From: Eledone cirrhosa
Lineage: Eukaryota
Direction of reading: 5' to 3'
Length of the DNA: 64,000 nt
Assembly (NCBI GenBank): GCA_964016885.1
Contig: OZ024752.1
Coordinates: 46,562,001 to 46,626,000, forward strand
The position numbers and the translations under genes are program-made. The notes beneath the pieces were generated by a model. The model was given only the letters and a program-made list of their open reading frames with translations. It did no database searches and was not told the origin of the DNA. Positions 12,148 to 25,477 of the stretch are shown here, piece by piece (positions within the stretch are counted from its first letter, which is position 1; each line of letters begins with the position of its first letter).

Positions 12148-12973
12148 ATCTTTTTCCTATTATATCAAGCATTGTGTGGCCTTGTTACATAAAACCTGAT
12201 TTTGGTAGGGTAATTAACACCACTAACTCAAATTGCTGGCTTTGTGCCTAAATTACAAACCATTAACTTGTATCTAATAAAGAAAGTTGAAAATCTAGCT
12301 TTACCATTGTACAGAAATATTGATAAATACCAATAAACATCAGAGTATTGATTTGGCAGAGTCATCATCAATAGCAATGTTTGATGTATGGGGAGGGGGA
12401 AGAAGTTAGAGGATTTGGTGGGTGTATATCACCCTCATATATATATATAGAGAGAGAGATTGATGGATTGGTATATATGTATATAGTATATATATACCCT
12501 CATAAACCTATACACACACACACACACAGCCTCACAGCTTCATACAAACAACACACACACACCCTCTATATATATATACTAAACGATTTTCACCACAAAT
12601 GCCTTTCATTACTGTCCTTTGAAATCCAACCAACAGTACTTCTTATATACCAACATTCAACCGTTTCCCAAGAGATGCTGATCTCAATTGACCTGTTTTT
12701 TTTTCTCAAAGAAATATTTTCTTGTTTCTGCCACTGCCCAATCTTTCTATTTCTTCTTTAATTTCTCATTCTGATGATCACATCATCACTCGTCGACTAC
12801 TGTCGAGATGATGGATCTCACTCTCATGCCCCAGAATTCCCTCTCCCCCATCGCTGCCCCCAGGTCCTGTCTACTGATTCCCGTATCCCTAGAGATAACG
12901 TCAGGGAATGACAGCTTCCTACTCCTAGTCAGGCTGGAGTCAGGGTTCCAGAGCAAGAGAGCGGATATGATTT

Positions 12974-13010
12974 CATTCTGATGAAGGACTAACGCCCGAA
13001 ACGTTAAGAC
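12974..13010 (+). ncRNA. minimal hammerhead motif, same family as 10566
   Basis: CTGATGA-A-GGAC taac GCCC-GAAA-CG-TT-AAGA. Confidence 0.6.
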
Positions 13011-13467
13011 TCTTTTCCTACTATATAAAGCATAAAATTAATATATTTCTTTATTGAGAGAAAGAGAAGGGGTGGAGAGAGGGGGGGGGGGGGCGAGGAG
13101 AGGTGGAGAGAGAGAGCGGTGAGAGGTCAAGAAAGAGGAGGGATGGAGATAGATAGAGAGATTGGTGGAAGTAAGAAACTCTAGGCAGAGCTAGACAGAA
13201 GAAAGTCTATATATGATGTCTTCGAAATACACTTAACAGGATTATATAATAAACAGAGGAAGTATGTATAAAACTGTCTCTTTTTTTTATAATATATATA
13301 TCATCATCATATATATATATATATATTCCCGTCCCACCCTTGCAAGCAGGGAAAAGTGGACATAAAATGAAATGATGAAAAAATACATATATATATATAC
13401 ACATATATATATATACACTCTCATATATATATATATGTGTGTGTATATATATGTGTGTGTATATATA

Positions 13468-13515
<48 letters not shown>

Positions 13516-13904
13516 GAAAAACTTCTTGCATAAGATTTGGTTTCCAGCTGCCTTTGAAGATGAGAAAGAATATTTAGGAAACTGTAGTAGCAAAGAGATA
13601 AGTATACTGCTTTCATATCAGAGAACATTTTGTATGCAGGAGAATAAAGTTAAGCTAATCTAGATGTAAGAATGCAATACTGCATTTACATAAAGGCTAA
13701 ATGGTTCACTGCCTAGGGCCTTATAGGCCAAGGGTTACATTTTTGTTTTAATTTGTGTGTTTTAATGTGTGTGTGTATTTGTATCATCATCATCATCATT
13801 TTACGTCCACTTTTCCCTGCTTGCAAGGGTTGGACGGGTCCTATTCAGCATCTCTCCATTTGTATGTATATATATATATATATATATTCCTTTGTTAAAT
13901 TTCA

Positions 13905-13964
13905 AATACCTGATGATGTCACCGGATTCATACTGAACCCTGTCATTGAAATGTTCATAGTATT
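13905..13964 (+). ncRNA. hammerhead motif, family shared with 20142
   Basis: AATAC-CTGATGA-[hairpin]-GAAA-TGTTCA-TA-GTATT. Confidence 0.6.
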
Positions 13965-14004
13965 CCATAAGGAATTACACGAGTCCAGCCTCCTGTTATT
14001 TTAT

Positions 14005-14038
<34 letters not shown>

Positions 14039-14989
14039 CATCATCATCATCATCATCATTTTACGTCCGTTTTTCTCTGCAAAGTGGTCGTGGAGGTGCC
14101 ACGGCAAAAAAGCACCCAGCACTCACTGTAAATGAGGTTGGTGTTAGGAAGGGCATCCAGCTGTAGAAATCAAGCCAGAATCAGTTCCCGTCCCACCCTT
14201 GCAAGCAGGGAAAAGCGGACGTAAAATGATGATGATGATGATGATATATATATATAATTTTGGTGGGATTTGACTTCATAATGGAAGGAACCTAAATAAA
14301 TACCACAAGGTATTTCTTCCAAAGTTTTGTTCCCTCTACCTATTCACCAACCCTAATATCCCTCTTAAATTCATTCATCCGTTCCTAATATCTTTTAAGT
14401 TTTTTTGTTATTTCTATTAATTTCACTTTTATAATCCACATCCATTGATTAAATTCTCAGAAGGAATCTTAATTTCATTAGGAACAGCCATTAATACACT
14501 CATAAATATCGATTTTTGTGTGGGGTGGGGGGTATATGTGGGCCGACGTGTTTGGTATGGGGGTGGAGGGTTAGTGTGTAGTGTGTTTCATGTGTGTGTA
14601 TGTATGTTTAGTGTATGTGTGTTTTGTGTGTATGTGTTTAGTGTGTGTGTGTATGTGTGTGTATGAGAAAGTCTGTGTGAAGTCTTTGTTCTACTACCAT
14701 GTCTTGTTTATGGAGTTCACAATTACAAGATATTCTTCTATTGACATTTAATTATTTAAACATATTGATAGTTATTGACCTGATGGGGTCAGGGATGAGA
14801 AATGTTATTGTTTGATATCAACACCGATATTCTTTAGTGGATGGGATGTAACTTAAGCAGGGCCACAGTTTTATCGTGTTGTTGTTACAGCTTAGATTTA
14901 TGTATATTCAGTTCGCCTTCTACAGGGTTGTATCTCATAGGAGGTTTCTTGGGTGTTATACTGATAGGGGACCTAATATTGTTATTACA

Positions 14990-15240
14990 GCTTACATTTA
15001 TGTAGGTTTAGCTGGCCTTCTAAGGTTGCATTGCACAGGAGGTTTGGGGGTTGTTTTTTTTAATGATAGGGACCCAGGGATAGACACAGAGCAAGATGGT
15101 TGGATAACATCCATGAGCTTGGCTGGTCCTGGGATGTAGACGGTTGCTTCTGTCAGGACCTGCTGGAAGGAGTGTTTGAGGACTCTGGCCCCACGACCCT
15201 CTCAGGAATAAGTGGGTGAAGAAGAAGAAGAAGAAGAAGT
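14990..15240 (+). mobile_element. degenerate RTE-type LINE 3' end with (GAA)n tail
   Basis: Remnant translation RHRARWLDNIHE and ...WKECLRTLAPRPSQE*, followed by GAAGAAGAAG. Confidence 0.55.
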
Positions 15241-15898
15241 TAGGGATCTCAGTCTTATCATGAAAAACAATATGAAATGAAACATCTTGCTCAAGAACAC
15301 AATATTCTGCCCAGTCCAATCACCAAACCCTAGAAATTATGATCATAAGTCTAACACCCTAACCACAATGCCATGCACCTTCACCTCACCAATAATTGGA
15401 ATTCAATATATTTGTCTGCTATACTAAATTACGGTAAATTGCCTTTTGTTGGTTCCTATTGAATTTCAACACCAAAAACGAAATATACGTTCAAAATAAC
15501 TTTTCATGCAGAAAAAGCGATAAAAATAATTATCGGAAGTTTTGTTCTTATCAAACAGGAATAATATCATTATTTAGCTCCAAGATATCAGTATTCTTGT
15601 AATAATGATACACACAAATGATTAAATACAGGATTCCTAAAAGAAAAAAAAAGAGAGAGAGAGAGAAGAAGAAAAAATGTCTCCATTGAGAATTGAATTC
15701 GATTTTTGGTTAGAAAGAAGATTATAGCTTATGTTTTTATAATGACAAATTATAGACTTTGATGTAAATTTTGTTCTCACCAGGAAAATCTTCAAATTTG
15801 CTTTTTGTCTGTTTGATATAATTTTCAAATACATTTTCACAATATGTGGTAAATGTTTGACCAGTAAACCTAGAAAATAACTTCCTCTCCATATTCTG

Positions 15899-16527
15899 TT
15901 ATCTGTGTTAGACACAACAAGATCTAAGACTATATCTATGTTAGACACAACAAAATCTAAGACTACATCTGTGTTAGACACAACAAGATCTAAGACTACA
16001 TCTGTGTTAGACACAACAATATCTAAGACTATATCTGTGTTAGACACAAGATCTAAGACTATATCTATGTTAGACACAACAAGATCTAAGACTATATCTG
16101 TATAAGACACCACAAGATCTAAGACTATATCTGTGTTAGACACAACAAGATCTAAGACTATATCTGTGTTAGACACAACAAGATCTAAGACTATATCTGT
16201 ATAAGACACCACAAGATCTAAGACTACATCTGTGTTAGACACCACAAGATCTAAGACTATATCTGTATAAGACACCACAAGATCTAAGACTAAATCTGTG
16301 TTAGACACAACAATATCTAAGACTATATCTATGTTAGACACCGCAAGATCTAAGACTACATCTGTGTTAGACACAACAAGATCTAAGACTATATCTGTGT
16401 TAGACACAAGATCTAAGACTATATCTGTGTTAGACCCAACAAGATCTAAGATTATATCTATGTTAGACACCGCAAAATCTAAGACTATATCTATGTTAGA
16501 CAACACAAGATCTAACACGATATCTGT
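15899..16527. repeat. 33-bp minisatellite (ATCTGTGTTAGACACAACAAGATCTAAGACTAT), about 19 copies
   Basis: Tandem periodicity that explains ORF 15637..16518. Confidence 0.95.
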
Positions 16528-16889
16528 TCCATAAAAATTACAAACAAATATATGAATAATATAGTAGTTCTAATATTATTGCTGTGTGGTTAAGGACTCT
16601 GTTTCCAGTCCTGCAGCACCTTATGATGACCAATACCTTCTCAAGCCTGTTTTCTGTGTTTATATCATGCAAACATGGAAAAACAGACGTAAAACGTACA
16701 GCTTAATGAACTGTAGCAAAGCAACGTGAAGAATAAAATATCATGCTCAAACACAACAATGCATCTCCCAGTCCAGGAATCGATCTTACAACTTCACGAT
16801 TGGGAATCCAGTTCTCTAGCCATTAAGCTGTATATAGGTGAAGGTGCGTAGATTAAAGAGTAAGATTCACAACCGTAATGTTGTGAGTT

Positions 16890-16945
<56 letters not shown>

Positions 16946-17198
16946 TGTCAGACCTACCAACCTCTAAAAACCCAAACGGTGAGTACCATGTAAAAAAAAA
17001 TGCCCCCAAACGGGGAGAAATGAGGCAAAATGAAGAGATTTTACATAATGAAAGCTAGAGCCATTTTCACAAGAGAAGACATATGTCACCCATCCCAAAG
17101 TAGGTGGGAGATCTCCCCGTCCGACGGGGAGAGTTGACAGGTCTGGAATGTGGCAAGTAATATATATATATATATACATTTTTCATTGTTTAGCCATG

Positions 17199-17240
<42 letters not shown>

Positions 17241-17301
17241 CAAGGCTAAACAATGCAAAATGGACGTTGTTTCTTTATTTTATTTTATTTTATTTTGTTT
17301 T

Positions 17302-17490
17302 GTTTCTTTCGTCCTAATATTTCGGGAGTTAAAATGTCTTTCATCAGAGTATTAGGGACTCTCAGAGAAATAAAACAACAAAAACCCTCTTCGGAATAGA
17401 CCGGAAGGTGGTTTTATTTTTGTTGTTTTATTTCTCTGAGAGTTCTAATGAAAGGAATTTTAACTCCCGAAATATTAGGACGAAAGAATC
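17302..17490. mobile_element. fold-back Penelope-like remnant with a hammerhead core in each arm
   Basis: Inverted arms. The minus arm has CTGATGA...CCCGAAATATTAGGAC; the plus arm has CTAATGA-AAGGA...TCCCGAAATATTAGGAC. Confidence 0.6.
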
Positions 17491-17649
17491 AACAACAAAC
17501 CCCCAAAGATTACCAGGTAAGTAACTTATTCTTTGCACTACGCAATAATTTTCGTTATTATTATTCTAATAAAGAACCAGTAATGTACTGGGGTAATTGA
17601 TGGCCTTGTGCCTAACGTAGAAACAATTATTCTAATAAAGAAACCATTG

Positions 17650-17845
17650 TTGGTGGATTGGCAGTATCGGTAGAAGGTCGGACGCCATGCTTTCCAGCAT
17701 AGAGTTACGTCCCTTTACTGTCTGAGTTCAAATCCCGTCGAGGTCAACTTTGCCTTTCATCCTTACGGGAGGTCGATAAAATAAAGTACCAGTAATGTAC
17801 TGGGGTAATTGCTGGCCTTGTGCCGAAAGTAGAAACAATTATTAT
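17650..17845 (+). mobile_element. SINE family A, full length
   Basis: GGTGGATTGGCAGTATCGGTAG...GAGTTCAAATCC...GTCGATAAAATAAAGTACC...AACAATTATTAT. Confidence 0.88.
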
Positions 17846-18639
17846 ACAACTTTCATAATAAATAAACCATTGTTTTTGTTTCACAACTGATTTTTTAAAA
17901 AATCATTTCATGTATTTTTTTTCTCCTTTTTTCCGAATTACTGTCTTCTTCCTGCTCTTCAAATGCTGGAAGTGTTTTGCTTCTTCCATTGTTTTTTTTT
18001 AGCAGACGACAATATCGCCATTAATGGAGCCTTTAAAAAACTTGGAACCAATTTAACGTCATTTAAAGTATTAAAACTTTATGGTAGATTTTTTTTTTTA
18101 CAGTTTCACACATCTTCTTCCATCTTATCCCTTCACTATGTTAAATAAAACATTTAATATTCAATATTCAACACTGCTGTAATTTTGAAAAATAGAGAAT
18201 TATTTTTTTATTATTAGTTCATTTGAACACTGTTCGATCTTTTTCAAACCATGTAAACTGGTTAATTTTTTTTAATCAGTCAAATTATTACTTGAAAATC
18301 ACTAAAATGTTGCCCAATAAAGATATATTTTGAATCTAAGATATTATTTTTTCTTTAACCGTTATGGAAATCATTAAAAACATTAGAGGGAGATTGAAAC
18401 TATCTCTGTCTATTTATCTATCTATCTATCTGTCGTTCTATCTATCTATGGTGTAATTGTTTGTTTTTATATTTTTTACACGACTATGTAAAATCCCCGG
18501 CATGTCTTTGTATTGTCCCCTTTTCTGGTTGCGCCCGTGTGGCTCATAAAGAAATCTATCTGTCTTTCTATCTATCTGTCTATCTATCTCTTTCTATCTA
18601 TCTATCTAGCTATCTATCTATCTGTCTATCTGTCCGTCT

Positions 18640-18920
18640 AGGCAATCTGCAAGAAGTGCAATGTCATCTGCAAAGTCAAGGTTAGTGAGATGTTTAGATT
18701 TGCTGTCCACTGCCATCGTGCCACCAATGAGGCTGTGACCCTATTACTGCTTTGGACACCACAAGCAGTCACTAATAACAGGGGAGCAAGCTCTCCTATC
18801 CTGATGTCATCTCCAGACATTCTGGTATTGAAATCCAGGATTTAGCAACGGCAATGAACAACAGACTAACATGGAGATCAATTGTTGAGTGGATTTCGGC
18901 TGAGGCTGCCGGATGATGAC
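18640..18920 (+). mobile_element. RTE-X-like LINE 3' fragment
   Basis: Frameshifted translation RFAVHCHRATNEAVTLLLLWTP...YPDVISRHSGIEIQDLATAMNNRLTWRSIV, ending in GATGATGA. Confidence 0.75.
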
Positions 18921-18974
18921 TTTATTAACAATTTCTCTCTTCCCCCCGTTCCTTATAGACGGTCTGCTATTGTA

Positions 18975-19018
18975 CTAGAGAGAGGGTGAGATATATATAT
19001 AGAGGGAGAGAGGGTGAG

Positions 19019-19052
<34 letters not shown>

Positions 19053-19780
19053 GGTGAGATATATAGAGAGAGGGAAGATATATGTATATATAGAGAGAGG
19101 GTGAGAGATATATATATATATAGAGAGAGAGAGAGGGTGAGATATATATAGAGAGGGAAGATATATGTATATATAGAGAGAGGGTGAGATATATATATAT
19201 ATATAGAGAGAGAGGGTGAGATATATATATATATAGAGAGAGAGGGTGAGATATATAGAGAGAGGGAAGATATATGTATATATAGAGAGAGGGTGAGATA
19301 TATATATATAGAGAGAGAGAGAGAGGGTGAGATATATATATAGAGAGAGAGAGAGAGGGTGAGATATATATATATAGAGAGAGAGAGGGAAGATATATGT
19401 ATATATGTTGGCTTCTTGCTCACATTAATTTCTCTATTTTCATATATATATATATAGACACACATATATGTATGTGTGTGTGTGTGTGGTCGTGTGACTG
19501 TGTGTGAGGCTGTATGTGTGTGTGTGTGGTTGTGTGACTGTGTGTGTGAGGCTGTATGTGTGTGTGTGTGTGTGTGTGAGGCTGTATGTATATGTGTGTG
19601 TCTGTGTGTGTGAGGCTGTATGTGTGTGTGTGTGGTTGTGTGACTGTGTGAGGCTGTATGTGTGTGTGTGTGGTTGTGTGACTGTGTGTGTGAGGCTGTA
19701 TGTGTGTGTGTGTGGTTGTGTGACTGTGTGTGTGTGTGTGTGTGTGAGGCCGTATGTATATGTGTGTGTCTGTGTGTGAT
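18975..19780. repeat. compound (GA)n/(TA)n and (GT)n-GAGGCTGTAT minisatellites
   Basis: Simple repeat periodicity. Confidence 0.9.
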
Positions 19781-20141
19781 GATGTTTGACAAGTAAAAAA
19801 AACATCCGTTATATGTGTAGAGGCTGACTGGTGGAATTATTGGAACAATGGCAGAACATAGACTTACATCGTCTCCAAAGACTGTCAGACACAGCAATGA
19901 AGATAAAACGTGAAGAAGATTGCAACTTAGCTTTCTTTTTTTTTTTAGAAGAAGAAAATCTCTCGTCTTTTATATCTTGTTTTCTGTGTGTTTTTATTGC
20001 GAGCATGACTCTCCCAAAGTATATATATATATACTGACTCTTTTCCTCGGCTGAGGGTGAAGGAACAGAATAGCGGTCGCCCTCGGGTCTCGATTTTCAG
20101 CCCCATGGATTTTACCTATTACATTCACGTATTATATTTCG

Positions 20142-20200
20142 AATACCTGATGATATCACCGGATTCATACGGAACCCGGTCATTGAAATGATCATAGTAT
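20142..20200 (+). ncRNA. hammerhead motif with palindromic stem III
   Basis: ATAC-CTGATGA-..ACCGGATTC atac GGAACCCGGT..-GAAA-TGATCA-TA-GTAT. Confidence 0.7.
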
Positions 20201-20246
20201 AATAAACCTTTCAAGGATTTACACAAATCCAGCCTCCTGTCATTTC

Positions 20247-20294
<48 letters not shown>

Positions 20295-20652
20295 AAAATA
20301 GTCAGGACCCCGACGGCTGAGCTCCGGCCGTTTCGACAGCTAGATCCGAACTTTTCCTATTTCCCACTCTACTACCCTAAGTATTGAGTACTCTGGTGCG
20401 TTATGGTCCACCTGGTTCCTTACCACACTGTCTTTGTTATATATATTATATATAGTGGCGGACTGGCGAGGTTGCCCTCTGGCAAGTGGGCCCCATATAT
20501 ATATAGGAATAAGGTAAACCCAAATCATAGTAGATTCAAATATCACAGAGAGAGAGAGATGAGGTGCAACAGAAATGAAACATGGATTACAGGTTAAAAT
20601 ATAGTCTAGATAGATGAGAAACAAAACGAGGATGTAGTTTATGGAACACCCA

Positions 20653-21120
20653 AATGATTTAGAAGTCGACCTTAAGTAGGAGCAATAAGATTAAGAAAGA
20701 CATGAACGACACCACAACACTTTGTTTTTAAAATTTTGAAAGTAGGTTTATATGTATGAATTTCATAAGATTATTCGTAGTTGTCTCGGTGGCCTAGTGG
20801 TAGGTACTGGAGACGGTGGAGAGCCTGGTCTTGGGTTCAATCCTGGTCAAGGGGGACATGTAAACTTTTTCAATTTTTTATTTTACAACCAATAGAGAAA
20901 AAAAAACTGAAAAGGTTTACTTGGAACCCCACTCCCGACCAGGATCGAACTTCAGACCAGGGTCACCACTGTCTACGATTCCTCCAACTAGGCCACCGAG
21001 ACGGCTACAAATGTATAATGAAAATTGATAATTATAAAACTACTTTCAAAATCAAAGTTAAAAAGATGTGGTGTCGTTCATGGCTTTCCTAGAGCTATTA
21101 GTATCGACTTCTGGTCATTA
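20653..21120. mobile_element. diverged palindromic (MITE-like) element containing two inverted tRNA-like Pol III cassettes
   Basis: The arms match in reverse complement (GAAGTCGA, CATGAACGACACCACA, ATTTTGAAAGTAG, GTCTCGGTGGCCTAGT). A/B boxes lie at 20783-20855 (+) and 20928-21003 (-). Confidence 0.65.
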
Positions 21121-21130
21121 TTGAATGTCT

Positions 21131-22110
21131 CTGGTGGTGGTGGTGGTGCTGGTAATCATGGTGGTTGTGGTGGTGGTGGTGCTGGTAGTGGTGTTTGTCT
21201 TGGTGGTGGTGGTGATGGTGGTGGTGGTAGTGGTGGTAATCATGGTGGTGGTGGTGGTAATCATGGTGGTGGTGGTGGTGGTGGTGGTGCTGTCGGTGGT
21301 GGTGGTGGTAGTAGTGGTGGTGGTGGTGGTGTTGGTAGTGGTGGTGGTGTTGGTAGTAGTGGTGGTGGTGGTGTTGGTAGTGGTGGTGGTGGTGGTAGTG
21401 GTGGTGGTGGTGGTGGTGTTGGTAGTGGTGGTGGTGGTGGTGGTGGTGTTGGTGGTGGTGGTGGTGGTGTTGGTAGTGGTGGTGGTGGTGGTGGTGTTGG
21501 TAGTGGTGGTGGTGTTGGTAGTGGTGGTGGTGGTGGTGGTGTTGGTAGCGGTGGTGGTAGTGGTGGTGTATGTTGTGGTAGATGTGGTGGTGGTGGTGGT
21601 GGTGGTGGTGGTGTTGGTAGTGGTGGTGGTGGTAGTGGCAGACAATTGAAGTGATGGTCTTTTAGTATTATCAAAAGACATCCTCACAGTTCATAATGAC
21701 AGACTGGTGCAATTTATCAATAAAAACCACTTACCTAATTTATCTACAATTGAAATTCTGATGGTGGTGTTTGTGGTGGTGGTGGTGATGGTGGTGGTGG
21801 TGGTGGTGGTGGTAGTGTTGTATGTGTGTGTGGGCATCGCTGGGCATGGTGGTATGGTGGTATGGTAAAGGTGGTGGTGGTAGTGGTGGTAGTGGTGGTG
21901 GTGATAGTAGAGGTGGTGGTGATGGTAGTGTTTGTATGTGTATGTGTTGGCATCGCTGGGCATGGTGGTGATGGTGGTGGTGGTGGTGGCGGTGATGGTA
22001 GTAGTGGTATATGTGTGTGTGTGGGAGCGTTGCTGTGCGTGGTGATAGTGATGACGATGGTGGTGGTGGTGGTGTCGATAGTGATGATGATGGTGGTGTT
22101 GGTGGTGATA
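21131..22110. repeat. (GGT)n-rich low-complexity tracts
   Basis: Trinucleotide repeats that give the Gly/Val/Thr/Pro-rich ORFs. Confidence 0.9.
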
Positions 22111-22699
22111 GTTTATAATGATAGACTGATGCAATTCATTGATACAAAATACCTAATCTATTTACAATTGAAATTCTCACCACCACCCTGCCATCTCTCA
22201 TATCACAGATCCAACAAAACATTGTTTTCCCCTATTTGTTCTCTTATACAACACATTTCAGCGCCATCTTTGCACTCTGTCCAATCTACCTCAAATTCTT
22301 CATTGAATTTCTCACAATGTTTAGAAATATCAACGCTTAAAAACTCACCAGAACAGCAATACATCGCTGTAATGTTAGCAGACGAGAGTGGTGGCCATTG
22401 TACAACAGACGATCTTGTGAAAATGGAGGCATTTAAGAACAATGAGCTGTTAGCTAATATCTATTCAAAGAGAATATACATAAAGAGTATAGTAGATTCT
22501 ATTATGGTAGAAGGGTTTAAGTGTCTATAAAATGTCCTTGGAATTAGCAATGAAGTGGAAAATGTTGCCAGTTTCATTTGGTAAAACTATTCTTTGACAA
22601 ACAGAGAACCAAATTTTGCTGACCAACTTATAGAAAATGAATAATTTCTTGTAATTTTGTAGTTTTGCTCAGATACACAAAATGGCATATGCATATAGC

Positions 22700-22736
<37 letters not shown>

Positions 22737-22924
22737 CAATTAAAAGAGACAATATATATATATATATTGTAAAAGGTAAACAATAATAATAAATGTGAAG
22801 ACTAAAATCCGAAGAGAGCTCGATAAGGATAATATATATATAAATATATATAAAACCATAGAGCAAATATTTATTAAAATAACAGATTAAAGTTTAAGCA
22901 AAGAGTTGCTGCTTTCACCCTTAA

Positions 22925-23322
22925 CAGAGTCAGTAGGCACCTCTTAACCAAATATGCACCCCAATCCATTACCCCTACTCCATCCTCCCACTCCCACCAA
23001 CACCACCCTCTCTCTGTAAAGTTGGTACCACAATATCCAGTCCAAATAAATGAGATAATGAGATCGAGATCGTGTAGGGTCACAACAAAAAAAAAACACA
23101 ATCCACGCTGTAATGTGGTCGTGTAGGTAACACGGTAAAAAGTTCCCAGTTCCACACTGTAAATGTAGTTGGTGTTAGGAAGGGCATTCAATCATAGACA
23201 ACCTGCCAGATAGTCCTATATGAGCGAGACAGTCACCCAACCAATCTTGTCTCAAATTGGGACAACTCCCATCTAACCCATGCTAGCATGGAAGATAGAC
23301 GTTAAACGATGATGATGATGAT
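22925..23322 (+). mobile_element. RTE-tailed element family C
   Basis: Reverse-complement match to 6150-6505, ending GTTAAAC(GAT)n. Confidence 0.75.
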
Positions 23323-23356
23323 ATATATACAGTTTAATATAGAAATGGCTTCTACA

Positions 23357-23399
23357 GGACTAGAACTGTTTCATTCAAAAGAAATCATCAGGAAAGTCC
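23357..23399 (-). ncRNA. degenerate hammerhead-like motif; family also at 52795-52928, 56775 and 60440
   Basis: Minus strand reads GGACTTTC-CTGATGA-TTTCTTTTGAAT-GAAA-CAGTTC-TA-GTCC. Confidence 0.45.
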
Positions 23400-23664
23400 A
23401 TTTATTAAAGTTGATATTTACACTCTACTAATGTATTGAGTACCTTACTAACTGTGGTTCTTCTGATTGAACCTACCCCTATGTCTACTGGATCATGCCA
23501 TGTACTCCACAAATTATTGTCTTCAATAATTCTAAGGAATGTGATTCTCTCTTTTTTGCTGTTTTTAATGAAAATAAAAGAAAAGAAAACGAAAGGAAAA
23601 GAAAATTAAAAATTATATTACATTAAATATTTGGTAGAAATTATTGATAAATTATATTAACTGA

Positions 23665-24265
23665 ATCTACTGCTGCTGCTGCTACTACTACCACCACCAC
23701 ATCACCTTTACCACCACCACCACAACTACCGCTACCACAGCACCTTTACCATAACCTCCACCACCACCACCACTATCACTAACACCACCACCACCACAAC
23801 TACCACCATCACCACAACAACTACTACCACCACCACAACTACCACCACCACAACTACCGCTACCACAGCACCTTTACCATAACCTCCACCACCACCACCA
23901 CTATCACTAACACCACCACCACCACAACTACTACCACCACCACAACTACCACCACCACAACTACCGCTACCACAGCACCTTTACCATAACCACCACCACC
24001 ACTACCACCACAATTACTACCACCACCACCACCACTATCACTAACACCACCACCACCACAACTACCACCACCACCACAACTACTACCACCACCACAACTA
24101 CCACCACCACAACTACCGCTACCACAGCACCTTTACCATAACCACCACCACCACTACCACCACAATTACTACCGCCACCACCACTATCACTAACACCACC
24201 ACCACTACAACTACTACCACCACCACAACTACCACTACCACTACTACCACTACCACCACTACTAA
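23665..24265. repeat. (ACC/ACT)n low-complexity tract with higher-order tandem duplication
   Basis: The block CCGCTACCACAGCACCTTTACCATAAC recurs four times. Confidence 0.9.
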
Positions 24266-24419
24266 AAAAAAAAAAAAAAGAAATTGAAATTCATAGAAAT
24301 TAATTAAATTTGAGAATTCATTGTTGCAGAACTGGTTTGGTCTGAGTAACAAAAGAATATTTATTACTGTGTGTGTGTGTGTGTGGGGGGGGGGGGGGGG
24401 AATAATAATAATAATAATG

Positions 24420-24599
24420 CTTCTACTTTTGGCACAAGGCCAGCAATTATCCCAGTGTATTACTGGTACTTTATTTTATCGACCAAAGCTATTTTATCGA
24501 CGAAAGGAGTGATTTGAACTGAGACCATAAAGGGCCGTAACTCTATGCTGCAAAGCATGGCGACTGACCCTCTACCTATACTGCCAATCCACTGCCTTG

Positions 24600-24633
<34 letters not shown>

Positions 24634-25446
24634 TTTCTATGATAGGCACAAGGCCAGCAATTTTGGGTGAAGGGAAAGTCTATTAAATCGACCCCAATGC
24701 ATTACTGATACTTTATTTTATCGACCCTTTAAGGATATATATTTATCTAAAAACTCATTTTTAGGCATTTTCTGCTAAATCTTTACAGGATGTTAAGAGT
24801 AAATTAACAACTACATACACACACACAATATTATTTTAGCATAAATGACTATATACACACATGTATATCATGACTCATACGCTATTCACTTCCCTGACAT
24901 TTGTATATTATTCTATGTACTATACATGCACCTTTGATGAGTTGTAGTGCACCTGAGTACTGTACACAATATTTTTTATTATATATTACATTAAATGTTA
25001 AAGTCTTTACTCTAATACAGCAGATTTTTACAATGATTTATCCTCCAGTAAAAATACTATAAGGATTTAATTTAACAAACCCATATTTAGATATTTTCTG
25101 TTAAATCATTTCAAGACATTGAGAGTTAAACTAATATAATTTTCTGTTGGATTTAACTTTGCATTATTAATTAAATGAATGTAGGGCAGTGGATTGGCAG
25201 TATCGGTAGAGGGTCGGACGCCATGCTTTGACGCATAGAGTTACGGCCCTTGCCATTCTGAGTTCAAATCCCGCCGGGGTTAACTTTGCCTTTCATCCTT
25301 ACGGGGGTCGATAAAATAAAGTACCAGTAATGTACTGGTTAATTGCTGGCCTTGTGCCAATAGTAAAAACAATTATTAATTAAATGAATATCTTACACAG
25401 CAACAGCAAAATTTTCTTAAAATGTGTATTTGTGTATAACAGCCCC

Positions 25447-25477
<31 letters not shown>

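Noticed and set aside
20783-21003. Two tRNA genes
   Set aside because: A and B boxes are present but there is no proper acceptor or anticodon stem. Kept as tRNA-like cassettes instead.
21025-21654. Gly-rich 209-aa ORF resembling a structural protein
   Set aside because: A (GGT)n tract is open in several frames on both strands, and there is no splice or signal context.
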